Shown: one piece after another, positions 37,589 to 46,823 of the stretch
Layout of the letters: each line of letters begins with the position of its first letter
Numbering within the stretch: position 1 is the stretch's first letter
NCBI GenBank assembly: GCA_050950285.1
Contig: JBMNHG010000002.1
Coordinates: 436,296 to 500,295 of the forward strand
Reading direction: 5' to 3'
DNA from: Kiritimatiellia bacterium
GTDB lineage: Bacteria; Verrucomicrobiota; Kiritimatiellia; RFP12; JBMNHG01
Length of the DNA stretch: 64,000 bases
Notes under the pieces: generated by a model
Told to the model about the DNA's origin: nothing
The model's input: the letters and a program-made list of their open reading frames with translations, nothing else
The model's database searches: none
Program-made: the position numbers and the translations under genes

Positions 37589-39277
37589 ATGGCCTGGTTG
37601 AAAAGTACGAGCAAAAGTCTGAACGTCCGGCAGGAATCGGACGTGTGGGTTGTCTGCCCGAAGTGCAAGGCGTACGTCGGCAGGGAGACGTGGAAGGCTT
37701 CGCTTCCCCTGTGCCCGCGTTGCGGCGCGCCGCAACGCATCGGGTGCCGCGAGCGTGTGGCGCAGATCGCCGACAAGGGGACCTTCTCCGAGATCCACGC
37801 GTCGGTCGCCGCGGCCGATCCGCTGCGCTTCGAGTCCGCAGGCGTAAAATACGTCGACAAGATTGCCGAGACGAAGGCCAAGACCGGCCTGGACGAGGCG
37901 ATTCTCACCGGGACGGCGGCAATCTGCGGCCACCCGGTGGTCCTCGGCGTGATGGACTTCCGGTTCTTCGGCGGAAGCCTTGGAAGCGGGACGGGCGAGC
38001 GCATCGTCCTCGCGGTGGACGAGGCGGTCCGGCTGGGCCGTCCGCTGGTTCTCTTCTGCGCCTCCGGCGGCGCGCGCATGCACGAAGGCATCGTTTCGCT
38101 GCTGCAGATGGCGCGCACGAATGCGGCCATCGCCAAACTCCACGAGGCCGGGCTCCCCTACATCGCCGTCCTGACCGACCCGACGACGGGAGGGGTTTCC
38201 GCCAGCTTCGCCACCGTCGGCGACCTGGTGATTGCCGAGCCTCGCTCCCTCATCGGCTTCGCGGGACGCCGCGTCATCGAGAACACGATCCGCCAGAAGC
38301 TGCCGGACGATTTCCAGACGGCGGAGTACCTCCGGGAGCACGGCTTCCTCGATTCGATCGTCGCCCGCGCCGACCTGCGCGATTGGCTCGGCAAGGCGCT
38401 CTCCTATTTCCGTCCCGTGCAGGCTCCCGCCGACCTCCCCGCGCCCGCGATGCCGAAGAAGCCTCGGGGGAAAGGGACGAAGGCGACCGCCTGGGAAACC
38501 GTCCAGCTCGCCCGCAACAAAGACCGTCCGACGATTCGCGACTACATCGAGCTCGCCTGCGACGACTTCGTCGAGCTTCATGGCGACCGTCTCTGCGGGG
38601 ACGACCCCGCGCTCATCGGAGGATTCGCCACCATCGGCGGAATCCGCGTGATGCTCTTCGGCCACCTCAAAGGCCGCACGATGGAGGAGAACCTCGCCTC
38701 GAACTTCGGCATGGCCAATCCCGAGGGATACCGCAAGGCGATGCGCCTGATGCGCCTGGCGGAATTCTTCCGCCTGCCGGTGGTCAGCCTCGTCGACACT
38801 CCCGGCGCCTATCCGGGGCTGGAGGCGGAGGCCCGGGGGCAGGCCGAGGCCATCGCCCGCAACCTTTGCGTGATGGCGCGGCTGAAGACGCCGTTTGTCG
38901 CCGTGATTACCGGCGAAGGCGGCAGCGGCGGCGCCCTTGGCGTAGCCGTGGGCGACCGGGTGATGATGCTCCAGAACGCGGTGTACTCCGTGATCTCCCC
39001 CGAAGGGTGCGCATCGATTCTCTGGCGCGACGGGAGCAAGGCGGCCGAGGCGGCCGAGGCGCTCAAGATCACCTCCGGCTCCTTGCTGGAACTCGGGGTG
39101 GTCGATTCCGTGATTCCCGAACCCGCCGGCGGGGCCCACACCGACAAGCCCGCCACCGCCGCGAACGTCCGCGACGCCGTCTGCGCCGCCCTTCGCGACC
39201 TCCTCACGATCCCCCCGGACGAACTCGTCGAACGGCGCCATGCCAAGCTCATGGCGGTCGGCCGAATCCCCCGGTAG
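37589..39277 (+). CDS. accD-accA: Fused acetyl-CoA carboxyltransferase beta+alpha subunits (AccD-AccA)
   Basis: WVVCPKC..CPRC Zn finger, FFGGSLG, SGGARMHEG, PTTGGVSASFA, IGFAGRRVI (AccD); VQLAR..RP, ELHGDR, FGMANPEGYRKA, DTPGAYPG, GEGGSGGAL, YSVISPEGCASILW (AccA). Confidence 0.93.
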   Translation: MAWLKSTSKSLNVRQESDVWVVCPKCKAYVGRETWKASLPLCPRCGAPQRIGCRERVAQIADKGTFSEIHASVAAADPLRFESAGVKYVDKIAETKAKTGLDEAILTGTAAICGHPVVLGVMDFRFFGGSLGSGTGERIVLAVDEAVRLGRPLVLFCASGGARMHEGIVSLLQMARTNAAIAKLHEAGLPYIAVLTDPTTGGVSASFATVGDLVIAEPRSLIGFAGRRVIENTIRQKLPDDFQTAEYLREHGFLDSIVARADLRDWLGKALSYFRPVQAPADLPAPAMPKKPRGKGTKATAWETVQLARNKDRPTIRDYIELACDDFVELHGDRLCGDDPALIGGFATIGGIRVMLFGHLKGRTMEENLASNFGMANPEGYRKAMRLMRLAEFFRLPVVSLVDTPGAYPGLEAEARGQAEAIARNLCVMARLKTPFVAVITGEGGSGGALGVAVGDRVMMLQNAVYSVISPEGCASILWRDGSKAAEAAEALKITSGSLLELGVVDSVIPEPAGGAHTDKPATAANVRDAVCAALRDLLTIPPDELVERRHAKLMAVGRIPR

Positions 39278-39289
39278 GCGGCCCTTCCC

Positions 39290-40981
39290 ATGAAAAAACC
39301 AACGATACGCATAACGGACACGACGCTTCGCGACGCACACCAATCGCTTTGGGCGACACGGATGCGCACGGAGGACATTCTCCCGATTCTCGACGCGATC
39401 GACGCCGCCGGATACTATTCGCTCGAATGCTGGGGCGGCGCGACCTTCGACGTTTGCCTGCGCTTCCTCCGCGAAGACCCCTGGGAGCGCCTGCGCCAGA
39501 TCAAGGCGCGCTGCAAGACGCCCCTCCAGATGCTGCTCCGCGGCCAGAACATCCTCGGCTACAAGCACTATCCCGACGACGTCCTCCGCCGCTTCATCGA
39601 ACTCGCCGCCCGGAACGGCGTCGACATCTTCCGCATCTTCGACGCGCTCAACGACACCCGCAACCTCGAATCCGCCATCCGCATCGTGAAGGAGGTGGGG
39701 GCGCACGCCCAGGGCACCATCAGCTACACCTTCAGCCCGGTGCACACCGGCGCCGCCTACGTGAAGCTCGCCCGGGAGCTGGAGCAGCTCGGATCGGATT
39801 CCCTCTGCATCAAGGACATGGCCGGCATCCTCTCCCCCGGGGTCGCGGGGAAGCTCGTCGGCGCCATCCGGAAGGAGGTCTCCATCCCCGTCCAACTCCA
39901 CGGGCACATGACGAGCGGCATGGCCGTCGCCACCTACCTCGAAGCCGTGCGTTCCGGCGCCGAGGCCGTCGACGCCTGCGTCGCGTCGATCTCCGGATGT
40001 TCGTCGCAACCCCCCATCCGCACGCTCGAAGCCGTCTTCGCCTCCTACGGGTTCGACACGGGGCTCGACCTCGACGCCGTGACGAAGGTGGACGACTATT
40101 TCCGGAAGCTCCGCCCGCGACGCGAGCCGACCTCGTCGTCGACGCAGTTTGTCGACGCCGGCGTGCTCCGCCACCACATCCCGGGCGGCATGATTTCCAA
40201 CCTCCGCAGCCAGCTCCAGGAACAAGGCGCGCTGGATCGCCTCGACGAGGTCCTCGAAGAGCTCCCGAAGGTGCGCGCCGACATGGGCTACCCCCCGCTG
40301 GTCACCCCCACCAGCCAGATCGTCGGCATCCAGTCGGTGTTGAACGTGCTGGGCGGGAAACGGTACGGCATGGTGACGGAAGAGACCCGCCGCTACGTTC
40401 AGGGATACTACGGACGCCCTCCCGCGCCCGTGGCGAAGGACGTCGCCCGGAAGGTCCTGCAAGGCGGGAAGCCCATCGGCTGCCGTCCCGCGGACCTTCT
40501 GGAGCCTGGCCTGGAAGACGCCGCATCGCGTCTCGATCCCCGGCTCGTGCGGTCGGAGGAGGACATCCTGTCCTTCTGCCTCTTCCCCGAAGTGGCCCAA
40601 GGCTACTTCGAGTGGCGGGCGCTTCCCGAGGGCAAACGCCCGCCGATCCCCGCCGACGAAGAACGAAACGCCGCGCCGCAGCAGCCCGCCGCCGCCGCGC
40701 CCGCGGCGGCCCGCCCGCCAGAAGCTCCGGCGGATGCGCCGGTTTCCGGCGACATCCTCCGCGCGCCGCTCAACGGCACCTTCTACCGGCGTCCCGGCGC
40801 CGGGAAGGAGGAATATGTCCAGGAAGGCGACGACGTCCCGGCCGGAGCGAAGATCTGCGCGGTCGAAGCGATGAAGCTCCTGAACGACATCGTCGCCCCG
40901 CGTCCCTGCACCATCGTGAAATTCCTGGTACGGCACGGCGATTCCGTTGTCAAAGGCCAGCCCCTGGTCGCCTTCCGCTAG
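39290..40981 (+). CDS. Pyruvate/oxaloacetate carboxyltransferase (PycB/OadA/5S-like) fused to an AccB-type biotin carboxyl carrier domain
   Basis: TLRDAHQS, ECWGGATFD, MLLRGQN, IKDMAG, HGH, LVTPTSQIVG; Ala/Pro linker; APLNGTFYRRP...VEAMKL. Confidence 0.9.
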   Translation: MKKPTIRITDTTLRDAHQSLWATRMRTEDILPILDAIDAAGYYSLECWGGATFDVCLRFLREDPWERLRQIKARCKTPLQMLLRGQNILGYKHYPDDVLRRFIELAARNGVDIFRIFDALNDTRNLESAIRIVKEVGAHAQGTISYTFSPVHTGAAYVKLARELEQLGSDSLCIKDMAGILSPGVAGKLVGAIRKEVSIPVQLHGHMTSGMAVATYLEAVRSGAEAVDACVASISGCSSQPPIRTLEAVFASYGFDTGLDLDAVTKVDDYFRKLRPRREPTSSSTQFVDAGVLRHHIPGGMISNLRSQLQEQGALDRLDEVLEELPKVRADMGYPPLVTPTSQIVGIQSVLNVLGGKRYGMVTEETRRYVQGYYGRPPAPVAKDVARKVLQGGKPIGCRPADLLEPGLEDAASRLDPRLVRSEEDILSFCLFPEVAQGYFEWRALPEGKRPPIPADEERNAAPQQPAAAAPAAARPPEAPADAPVSGDILRAPLNGTFYRRPGAGKEEYVQEGDDVPAGAKICAVEAMKLLNDIVAPRPCTIVKFLVRHGDSVVKGQPLVAFR

Positions 40982-41068
40982 CGGGGACTCCGCCGGCCGG
41001 GGCCATCCCGCTCTCCGTCGAATGGCACGGTATCCGCTACTGGGGGAATGAAAGAAAGGGGGTTTGTC

Positions 41069-41686
41069 ATGACCATTCTGTTCCAAGGCGATTCGATTAC
41101 GGACTGCGGGCGTCGCGTGAGCGGCGGCGAAGGCTACGAAGTCGGCGAAATGGGCCCCGGCTACCCCGGCCTCATCAAATCCCGGCTCTCGTGCGACCAT
41201 CCCAACCGCGACTTCACCTTCCTCAACCGCGCCATCAGCGGCAACCGCATCGTGGATCTCTACGCGCGCTGGCGTTGCGATGCCATCAACCTCCGCCCCG
41301 ACCTTCTTTCCATCCTCATCGGCGTGAACGACAGCTGGCACGAGGCGAGCGGGAACGGCGTGGAAGTGCCGCGCGCGGAGCGCATCTACCGGGAACTCCT
41401 CGCATGGACCAAGGAGAAGCTCCCGCAGGTTCGCCTGGTGCTCATCGAGCCGTTCACGGGGCCCTTTGCCGCCGGTGCCCCGCTGGCCGGGGAGGTCGCC
41501 CTGCGAGCGGCCTTCACCCGCCGCCTCGCGGAGGAGTTCGGCGCGGTGTTCATCCCGATGCAGTCGATCTTCGATGCCGCCTTCCGGCACTCGAAGCCCG
41601 AGCACTGGATGGTGGACGGCGTACACCTTACGCCGGCCGGGCACCAGTTGCTTGCGGACGCCTGGCTCGACGCCGTGAAACTCTGA
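41069..41686 (+). CDS. SGNH/GDSL hydrolase
   Basis: FQGDSITD, ISGNR, IGVND, DGVH. Confidence 0.92.
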   Translation: MTILFQGDSITDCGRRVSGGEGYEVGEMGPGYPGLIKSRLSCDHPNRDFTFLNRAISGNRIVDLYARWRCDAINLRPDLLSILIGVNDSWHEASGNGVEVPRAERIYRELLAWTKEKLPQVRLVLIEPFTGPFAAGAPLAGEVALRAAFTRRLAEEFGAVFIPMQSIFDAAFRHSKPEHWMVDGVHLTPAGHQLLADAWLDAVKL

Positions 41687-41714
41687 GGCCGATCCGCCCG
41701 AAAGGATTGCCCCG

Positions 41715-43526
41715 ATGGCGGCCTCCCCGTCCTCCTATCCCCTCCTTCGCGACCGCCTCCTCCGGGCCGGCGCCCGCCGCACCGCCGTGGCCCGCCTCTT
41801 CGCGGCCGCCCGCGCCGCGGGTCGCGCGCCTGGCGCCTTGCTGCTCCTGGCCCTGCTCGACTGGGCCTTCCCGCTCCCCGCATGGATCCTGCTGCCCGCC
41901 GCAACCGCGGGAGCGCTTTGGTTCGCGGCGGATCTCGTCCGCTTCGCCGCGGCGCGCGCGTGCCGCCGCCGGACGCCGGAGGCCGCGGCGCTGGAACTCG
42001 AAGCGGAGCAGGAGGGACGGCTGGACAACCTGCTCATCGGCGCCCTGCAGCTGGGCGCGGAGCTGGAAGAGGATCCCGCGGTGCGCCGCCACTCCCCGCT
42101 TCTCGTCCGGGCGCTGGTCGAACGCGCCGCCGACGAAGCGAAGACCCTCTCCTCCGAGGCCGCGCCGCGACCGCGCGGATGGCGCGCCTCCCTTGCCGCC
42201 GCCCTCGCCACCGCGGCCTGCTGGGGGATCTTCGTCCTGGCGGCGCCCGAGGCCGCCCGCGTGCGCTGGGCGCATCTCGCCGACGCCTGGAACGCCGCGG
42301 TCGAATTCGCCTTCCCCGTGGAGTTGGAGGTGGCGCCCGGTTCCACAAGCCTCCTTCGCGGAAGCCCGCTGGAGTTGACGGTGGCCGCGAAAGGGGCGCG
42401 CCGTCCGACCATCGTCCTCGACCTGCTCGACGCGGAGGGCGTCCCGGTGGAAACCCGCGATCTTCCGCTCGAATCGCGGCGCGCCGTTTTCCATGTCGAT
42501 TCCGTGCAGGACGACTTCCAGTACCGCTTCCGCTACGGCCGCCGCCAGGCCGGGCCCTTCCTGGTGCGCGCCGGCGACCGGCCCGTGATCCAGGCCGTGA
42601 ACTACGAACTCACCTATCCCCTCTACACCGGCCAGATGCCCCGCATCCTCACCGGGCGCCAGATGCGCCTCCAGGCCATTTCCGGCACCGCCGTGCTGGT
42701 GAGCTTCGCCGCAAGCACGCCGCTTCATCCCGACCTCACATACGTGGAGTGGCAGGACGGCTCGCGCCAGCCCGTGAGCGTGAACGGGCGCTTCGGGCAC
42801 TTCGCCTTCGCGATCACCCAGGCCGACCGGGCGACCCTCCATCTGGCCAACCGGCTCGGCGCCGGCTTCGAGATGGCCGAGCCGTGGCCTCTCGACATCG
42901 CCGTGGTGCGCGACCAGGCGCCCCAGGTGCGCATCGCCTTGCACGGCGGCAGGAGCCTGATGCTCGCCGGGCAGGCCGCCGCCCTCGCCGTGCCCTACGT
43001 GGCGGAGGATGATTTCGGCGTTGCCGAGATCCGGCTCGAATACAAAATCGAGGCCCTGGACGAACTGCTTGGCCGCGCTCCGCGCGAGGGCGCGCTCACC
43101 CGCATCATCGACCCCGCCTCCGACCGCGTGGTGGGGCGCTTCCCCGACCCCTTCGCCGAACTCGACCCCCCGCTTGCCCCCGGCGACCGCGTGTCCCTCG
43201 AGGTCGTGGCGCTGGACAACAACTCCGAGACCGGCCCGGGCGCCGCGCGCTCCTCCGCCTACGAGGTGGTGGTGGTACAGGACGATCTGGGCGCCTATGC
43301 GGAGGCCCGTCTCGGGTTCGGCGCAAGCACCGCCCTCCTTCGCGGACTCAAGCGCGTGAAGCGCAACACCACGCTGCTGGTGGAGCCCGACCGCACCGTC
43401 CGCAGCGAGGATCGCGTGGAGATCGAGGCCCACGACCTCGACGCCCGCAACAGCCCCGACCTCTGGCCCGCCGGCTCGGAGGATTCCATCGGCGACTACT
43501 TCCGCCTCCTCTCCGGCGCACAATAG
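41715..43526 (+). CDS. Membrane-anchored DUF4175-like protein with Ig-like repeats
   Basis: N-terminal TM segments, YPLYTG, DQAPQV, AEDDFGV, VALDNN..GPG pattern. Confidence 0.6.
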   Translation: MAASPSSYPLLRDRLLRAGARRTAVARLFAAARAAGRAPGALLLLALLDWAFPLPAWILLPAATAGALWFAADLVRFAAARACRRRTPEAAALELEAEQEGRLDNLLIGALQLGAELEEDPAVRRHSPLLVRALVERAADEAKTLSSEAAPRPRGWRASLAAALATAACWGIFVLAAPEAARVRWAHLADAWNAAVEFAFPVELEVAPGSTSLLRGSPLELTVAAKGARRPTIVLDLLDAEGVPVETRDLPLESRRAVFHVDSVQDDFQYRFRYGRRQAGPFLVRAGDRPVIQAVNYELTYPLYTGQMPRILTGRQMRLQAISGTAVLVSFAASTPLHPDLTYVEWQDGSRQPVSVNGRFGHFAFAITQADRATLHLANRLGAGFEMAEPWPLDIAVVRDQAPQVRIALHGGRSLMLAGQAAALAVPYVAEDDFGVAEIRLEYKIEALDELLGRAPREGALTRIIDPASDRVVGRFPDPFAELDPPLAPGDRVSLEVVALDNNSETGPGAARSSAYEVVVVQDDLGAYAEARLGFGASTALLRGLKRVKRNTTLLVEPDRTVRSEDRVEIEAHDLDARNSPDLWPAGSEDSIGDYFRLLSGAQ

Positions 43527-43594
43527 CGGCACGCCGCGAGCGGCGCCGTTCCCCATCGTCCGGTGGCGGCCTCCTCCCGGGAGGCGCGCGGACG

Positions 43595-44236
43595 CTATCG
43601 GAGGGCTTCCAGGCGGGCGACCAGCCGGGTGGCGACTTCGCGTTTGGACAGGAGCGGCCACGCCTCCGGGTCGCGGCCCGGGGCGAGCAGGGTCACGCGG
43701 TTGGTGTCCACCGCGAAGCCGGAGTCGGCGCGGGACACGTCGTTCGCCACGATGAGGTCAAGGCCCTTCGCGACGAGTTTTCGTGCGGCTTCGGGGAGGG
43801 GGTCGCCGGTTTCGGCGGCGAAGCCCACGAAGGTGCGCGAACCCTTCCGCGGCGCGAGGGTGGCGAGGATGTCCGGGTTGGGCGCCAGTTCGAGCGTCGC
43901 GGCCATCTCCCGTTTCTTGAGCTTGGCGGCGCACGTCTCGCGGGGGCGCCAGTCGGCGACAGCGGCGGTCATCACCAGCACGTCCGCGCCGGGGAGAAGC
44001 GCCTCCAGCGCCGCGAGCATGTCCCGTGCGCTCACCACGTCGGTGCGTCGCACGCCGGACGGGGTGGGAAGGGCGACGGGGCCCGCCACGAGTTCCACGG
44101 GATGCCCCCGTTCCGCCGCGGCCTCCGCGATGGCGAACCCCATCTTCCCCGTGGAGCGGTTGCTGAGGAACCGCACGGGATCGAGGAATTCGCGGGTGGG
44201 ACCGGCGGAGACCAGGAAGGAGAGTCGCTTCGGCAT
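43595..44236 (-). CDS. coaB: Phosphopantothenate-cysteine ligase (stand-alone CoaB domain)
   Basis: VSAGPTREFLDPVRFLSNRSTGKMG, AAVADW, PNPDIL, VGFAAET, DLIVANDV; no N-terminal CoaC flavoprotein. Confidence 0.9.
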   Translation of the reverse strand: MPKRLSFLVSAGPTREFLDPVRFLSNRSTGKMGFAIAEAAAERGHPVELVAGPVALPTPSGVRRTDVVSARDMLAALEALLPGADVLVMTAAVADWRPRETCAAKLKKREMAATLELAPNPDILATLAPRKGSRTFVGFAAETGDPLPEAARKLVAKGLDLIVANDVSRADSGFAVDTNRVTLLAPGRDPEAWPLLSKREVATRLVARLEALR

Positions 44237-44260
44237 GGGGAAAGTCCGGGCGGGTCGGCC

Positions 44261-46498
44261 TCAGGGATCCTGCGGGGAGGGCGGCGGGACGGTGCGGCCC
44301 CAGCCGGAAGGCGCGTCGCCGAGAACGAAGGAGAGATGCGGCGACGCGAGCAATTCCGCATGTTCGACCCAGCAGCGGTCGAGGGGCTTTCCGCCGAGTT
44401 TGGCGGAGAGGATGCAGCGGCCCGTCCCGTGGCGTTCCACGTCGATGACGAGCTTCTTGCCGTCGCCCCAGCCGGAGAGATCGGCCTCGATGCGGTCGAA
44501 GAGGGGCGGCGAGAGCATGTAGTGCGTCTGGCCGATGATGGGGTAGAGGCCCATCGAGTGCCAGAGGTAGTAGCCGCTCTGGCAGCCCATGTCCTCGTTG
44601 TCGGCGAGGCCGTCGCGGGTGTCGTGGAAGTGTTCCGCGAGGGAGTCGAGGATGCGTTCGCCGGCCTTGTCGGGGCGTCCCGCGTAGCTGTAGAGGTGCG
44701 GGACGTGCATGCGCGTTTCCTTCACGCCCCAGGTTCGGGGGCGTCCGGACGTGGGCTCGAAGATCTCGTCGAGGTCGCGCACGAAGGCCGCGGGGCCGCC
44801 GTGGCGGGCGATGAGGCCGGGGATGTCGTGGAGCGGGTTCATCGACCAGATGCGGAGGCTTCCCTCGTAGGCGCAGGGGTCGTTCCAGGCATCCCAGCCG
44901 GGGCGGTCGGGGTCGGCGAAGCCGTCGGGGGCCCACGAACCGTCGGGGAGGCGCGGCCAGAAGACCTTCTTGTCCGGATGCCAGAGATTCCAGATGCGGG
45001 CGGCGAAGGCGCGGAAGCGCGCGGCGGTGTCCGCGTCGCCCAGGGACTCGGCGAGGCGGGCGATGCAATCGTCGTGGACGGTGTATTCGATGTGGCGGGA
45101 GACGCAACCCTTCGTGATGTCCGTGGAGAGGTAGCCGAGGCGATGGTAGTCGTCGAGGTAGCGGCCGGAGACCATGGGGTCGGGCGGCGTTTCGAGGGCG
45201 TTGCGCATGCAGTGCCCGAGGGCGCGGCGGTAGTCGACGCCCGGCACGCCTTTGAGCGCGGCTTCGGCGAAGAGGATGTCGCAGGCGCAGGCGCTTTGCA
45301 TGTAGGCGTGGTGGCCCGTGATGAAGGCGTCGGGCAGCCAGCCGGTGGCGTCCGCGACGTCCAGGAGCCAGTTCATGAGGTCGGCGGAGAAGGCCGGATG
45401 GAAGAGGTGCTGGAAGGAGTTCGAGTTGCGGATGCTGTCCCAGAGGCAGTAGACATCGGTGAAGGCGCGCCGTCCGGTGGGGAGGAAGGCGTCTTCGTCC
45501 ACGCCGAGATCGGCGGGCATGCAGTGGAGGCGGTAGAGGCAGGTATAGAAGAGGCGCCGCTGCTCTTCGGTGCCGCCGGAGACGGCGAACCGCGAGAAGA
45601 GTTCCTCCCAGCGGTCCACGCAGGCGGCGCGGGCGGCGTCGAACGACAGGCCGTCGGCTTCGCGGGCGAAGTTGGCGCGGGCGTGGGCCACCGAGACGAA
45701 CGAGATGGCGACGCGCACGGAGAGGGTCGCGCCTTCGGGGAAGCGAAGCAGGGCGCGGGCGTCGGGGCCGACGGCGGAGCGCAGCGCGGCGGCGGGGACC
45801 ACGCCGCCGCGCGTGGCGAGGGCGCACCCGGTGAACGGGATGTCGAGCTTCAGGCAGAAGAAGACCGAATAGGGGTGGTGGTGGCCCCAGCCGCCGAGGA
45901 AGTCGCATCGGCCGACGAGCTCGGTTTCGCCCGCGATCTCGATGAAGCCGCCCGTCGACACCGGGGCGATCTCCCAATTCTCGACGTCGCGCAGCAGGCC
46001 GTCGGTTCCGAGGCCGCAACGGATCACGCTGCCGCCGTCCACGAGCAGCCACGCCTCGTCCCCGGCGGGGTAGGCGTAGCGATGGAAGGCGACGCGCGGG
46101 GTGCAGGTGAGCTCGCAGCGGACGCCGGAGGGACGGAGGGTGACGGCGTAGTATCCGACTTCGCCGCATTCGTCGCACGGCTCGCTTCCGGCGATCCGGT
46201 CGGCGACGGGCGTGAGCCACGGGGCGGCGTTCTGGCGGCGCGGGGCGCCCGTGAAGGGGGTGAGGCCCACGTTGCCGTAGCGCGAGGCGCCGCCGGTGCC
46301 CGCCACGTGCGTCTGGGAGAAGCGCTGGATGGCGACGCCGCTCCGGTAGCCGTGGGTGGGCTGCGGGTAGAAGACGTCCGGGCCGGGGCGCACGATGCCC
46401 AGCGGGCAGTAGGGGCCGGGAAGACAGTTCCCGCTGCCGTCCACGGCGAAGAAGGTGTTGACGTGGCGGGAGAGCCTGCCTGCGAGGATCGAGTTCAT
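44261..46498 (-). CDS. GH92 alpha-mannosidase family protein
   Basis: PGPYCPLG, FSQTHVAGTG, FYTCLYR, LWDSIR, VSRHIEY, YEGS, DNEDMGCQS. Confidence 0.87.
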   Translation of the reverse strand: MNSILAGRLSRHVNTFFAVDGSGNCLPGPYCPLGIVRPGPDVFYPQPTHGYRSGVAIQRFSQTHVAGTGGASRYGNVGLTPFTGAPRRQNAAPWLTPVADRIAGSEPCDECGEVGYYAVTLRPSGVRCELTCTPRVAFHRYAYPAGDEAWLLVDGGSVIRCGLGTDGLLRDVENWEIAPVSTGGFIEIAGETELVGRCDFLGGWGHHHPYSVFFCLKLDIPFTGCALATRGGVVPAAALRSAVGPDARALLRFPEGATLSVRVAISFVSVAHARANFAREADGLSFDAARAACVDRWEELFSRFAVSGGTEEQRRLFYTCLYRLHCMPADLGVDEDAFLPTGRRAFTDVYCLWDSIRNSNSFQHLFHPAFSADLMNWLLDVADATGWLPDAFITGHHAYMQSACACDILFAEAALKGVPGVDYRRALGHCMRNALETPPDPMVSGRYLDDYHRLGYLSTDITKGCVSRHIEYTVHDDCIARLAESLGDADTAARFRAFAARIWNLWHPDKKVFWPRLPDGSWAPDGFADPDRPGWDAWNDPCAYEGSLRIWSMNPLHDIPGLIARHGGPAAFVRDLDEIFEPTSGRPRTWGVKETRMHVPHLYSYAGRPDKAGERILDSLAEHFHDTRDGLADNEDMGCQSGYYLWHSMGLYPIIGQTHYMLSPPLFDRIEADLSGWGDGKKLVIDVERHGTGRCILSAKLGGKPLDRCWVEHAELLASPHLSFVLGDAPSGWGRTVPPPSPQDP

Positions 46499-46523
46499 GG
46501 GATGGGGCCCGGGGGGGGGATGG

Positions 46524-46823
46524 TTACTGCTCGTCGGGGATGTCGAACTTGCGGTCGATGAGGGCCTCGAGTTCGTCGAGCACCTCCTTGGCCTCGGGCC
46601 CGGTGGCGGTGACGCGCAGGACGGTTCCGCAGACCGCCTCGAGGGTCAGGAGGGCCATGATGCTCTTTCCGGAGATGACATCGCCATTCTTCTCCACCTT
46701 GACGTCCGCATCGTAGCGGGCGGAGGCCTTGGCGAAGAGCCCGGCGGGGCGGACGTGCATCCCGAAGCGGTTCTTGAGGGTGAATTCCCGAGTCTCGGAT
46801 AACGATTTGGAGGGCGTTTTCAT
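46524..46823 (-). CDS. ptsH: Phosphocarrier protein HPr
   Basis: NRFGMHVRPAG (His15) and GKSIM (Ser46). Confidence 0.93.
   Translation of the reverse strand: MKTPSKSLSETREFTLKNRFGMHVRPAGLFAKASARYDADVKVEKNGDVISGKSIMALLTLEAVCGTVLRVTATGPEAKEVLDELEALIDRKFDIPDEQ

Noticed and set aside
39290..40981. Na+-pumping oxaloacetate decarboxylase alpha subunit (oadA) call
   Set aside because: No oadB/oadG adjacent and the biotinyl domain is AccB-like; gene symbol withheld.
37490..42378. 1577-aa (+) and 1384-aa (-) ORFs
   Set aside because: Alternative or antisense frames of accDA, the carboxyltransferase and the SGNH gene; no motifs.
46511..46519. G9 run between ptsH and the GH92 gene as a phase-variation site
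   Set aside because: Non-coding, inside an operon gap and not in a promoter; a length change would have little predictable effect.
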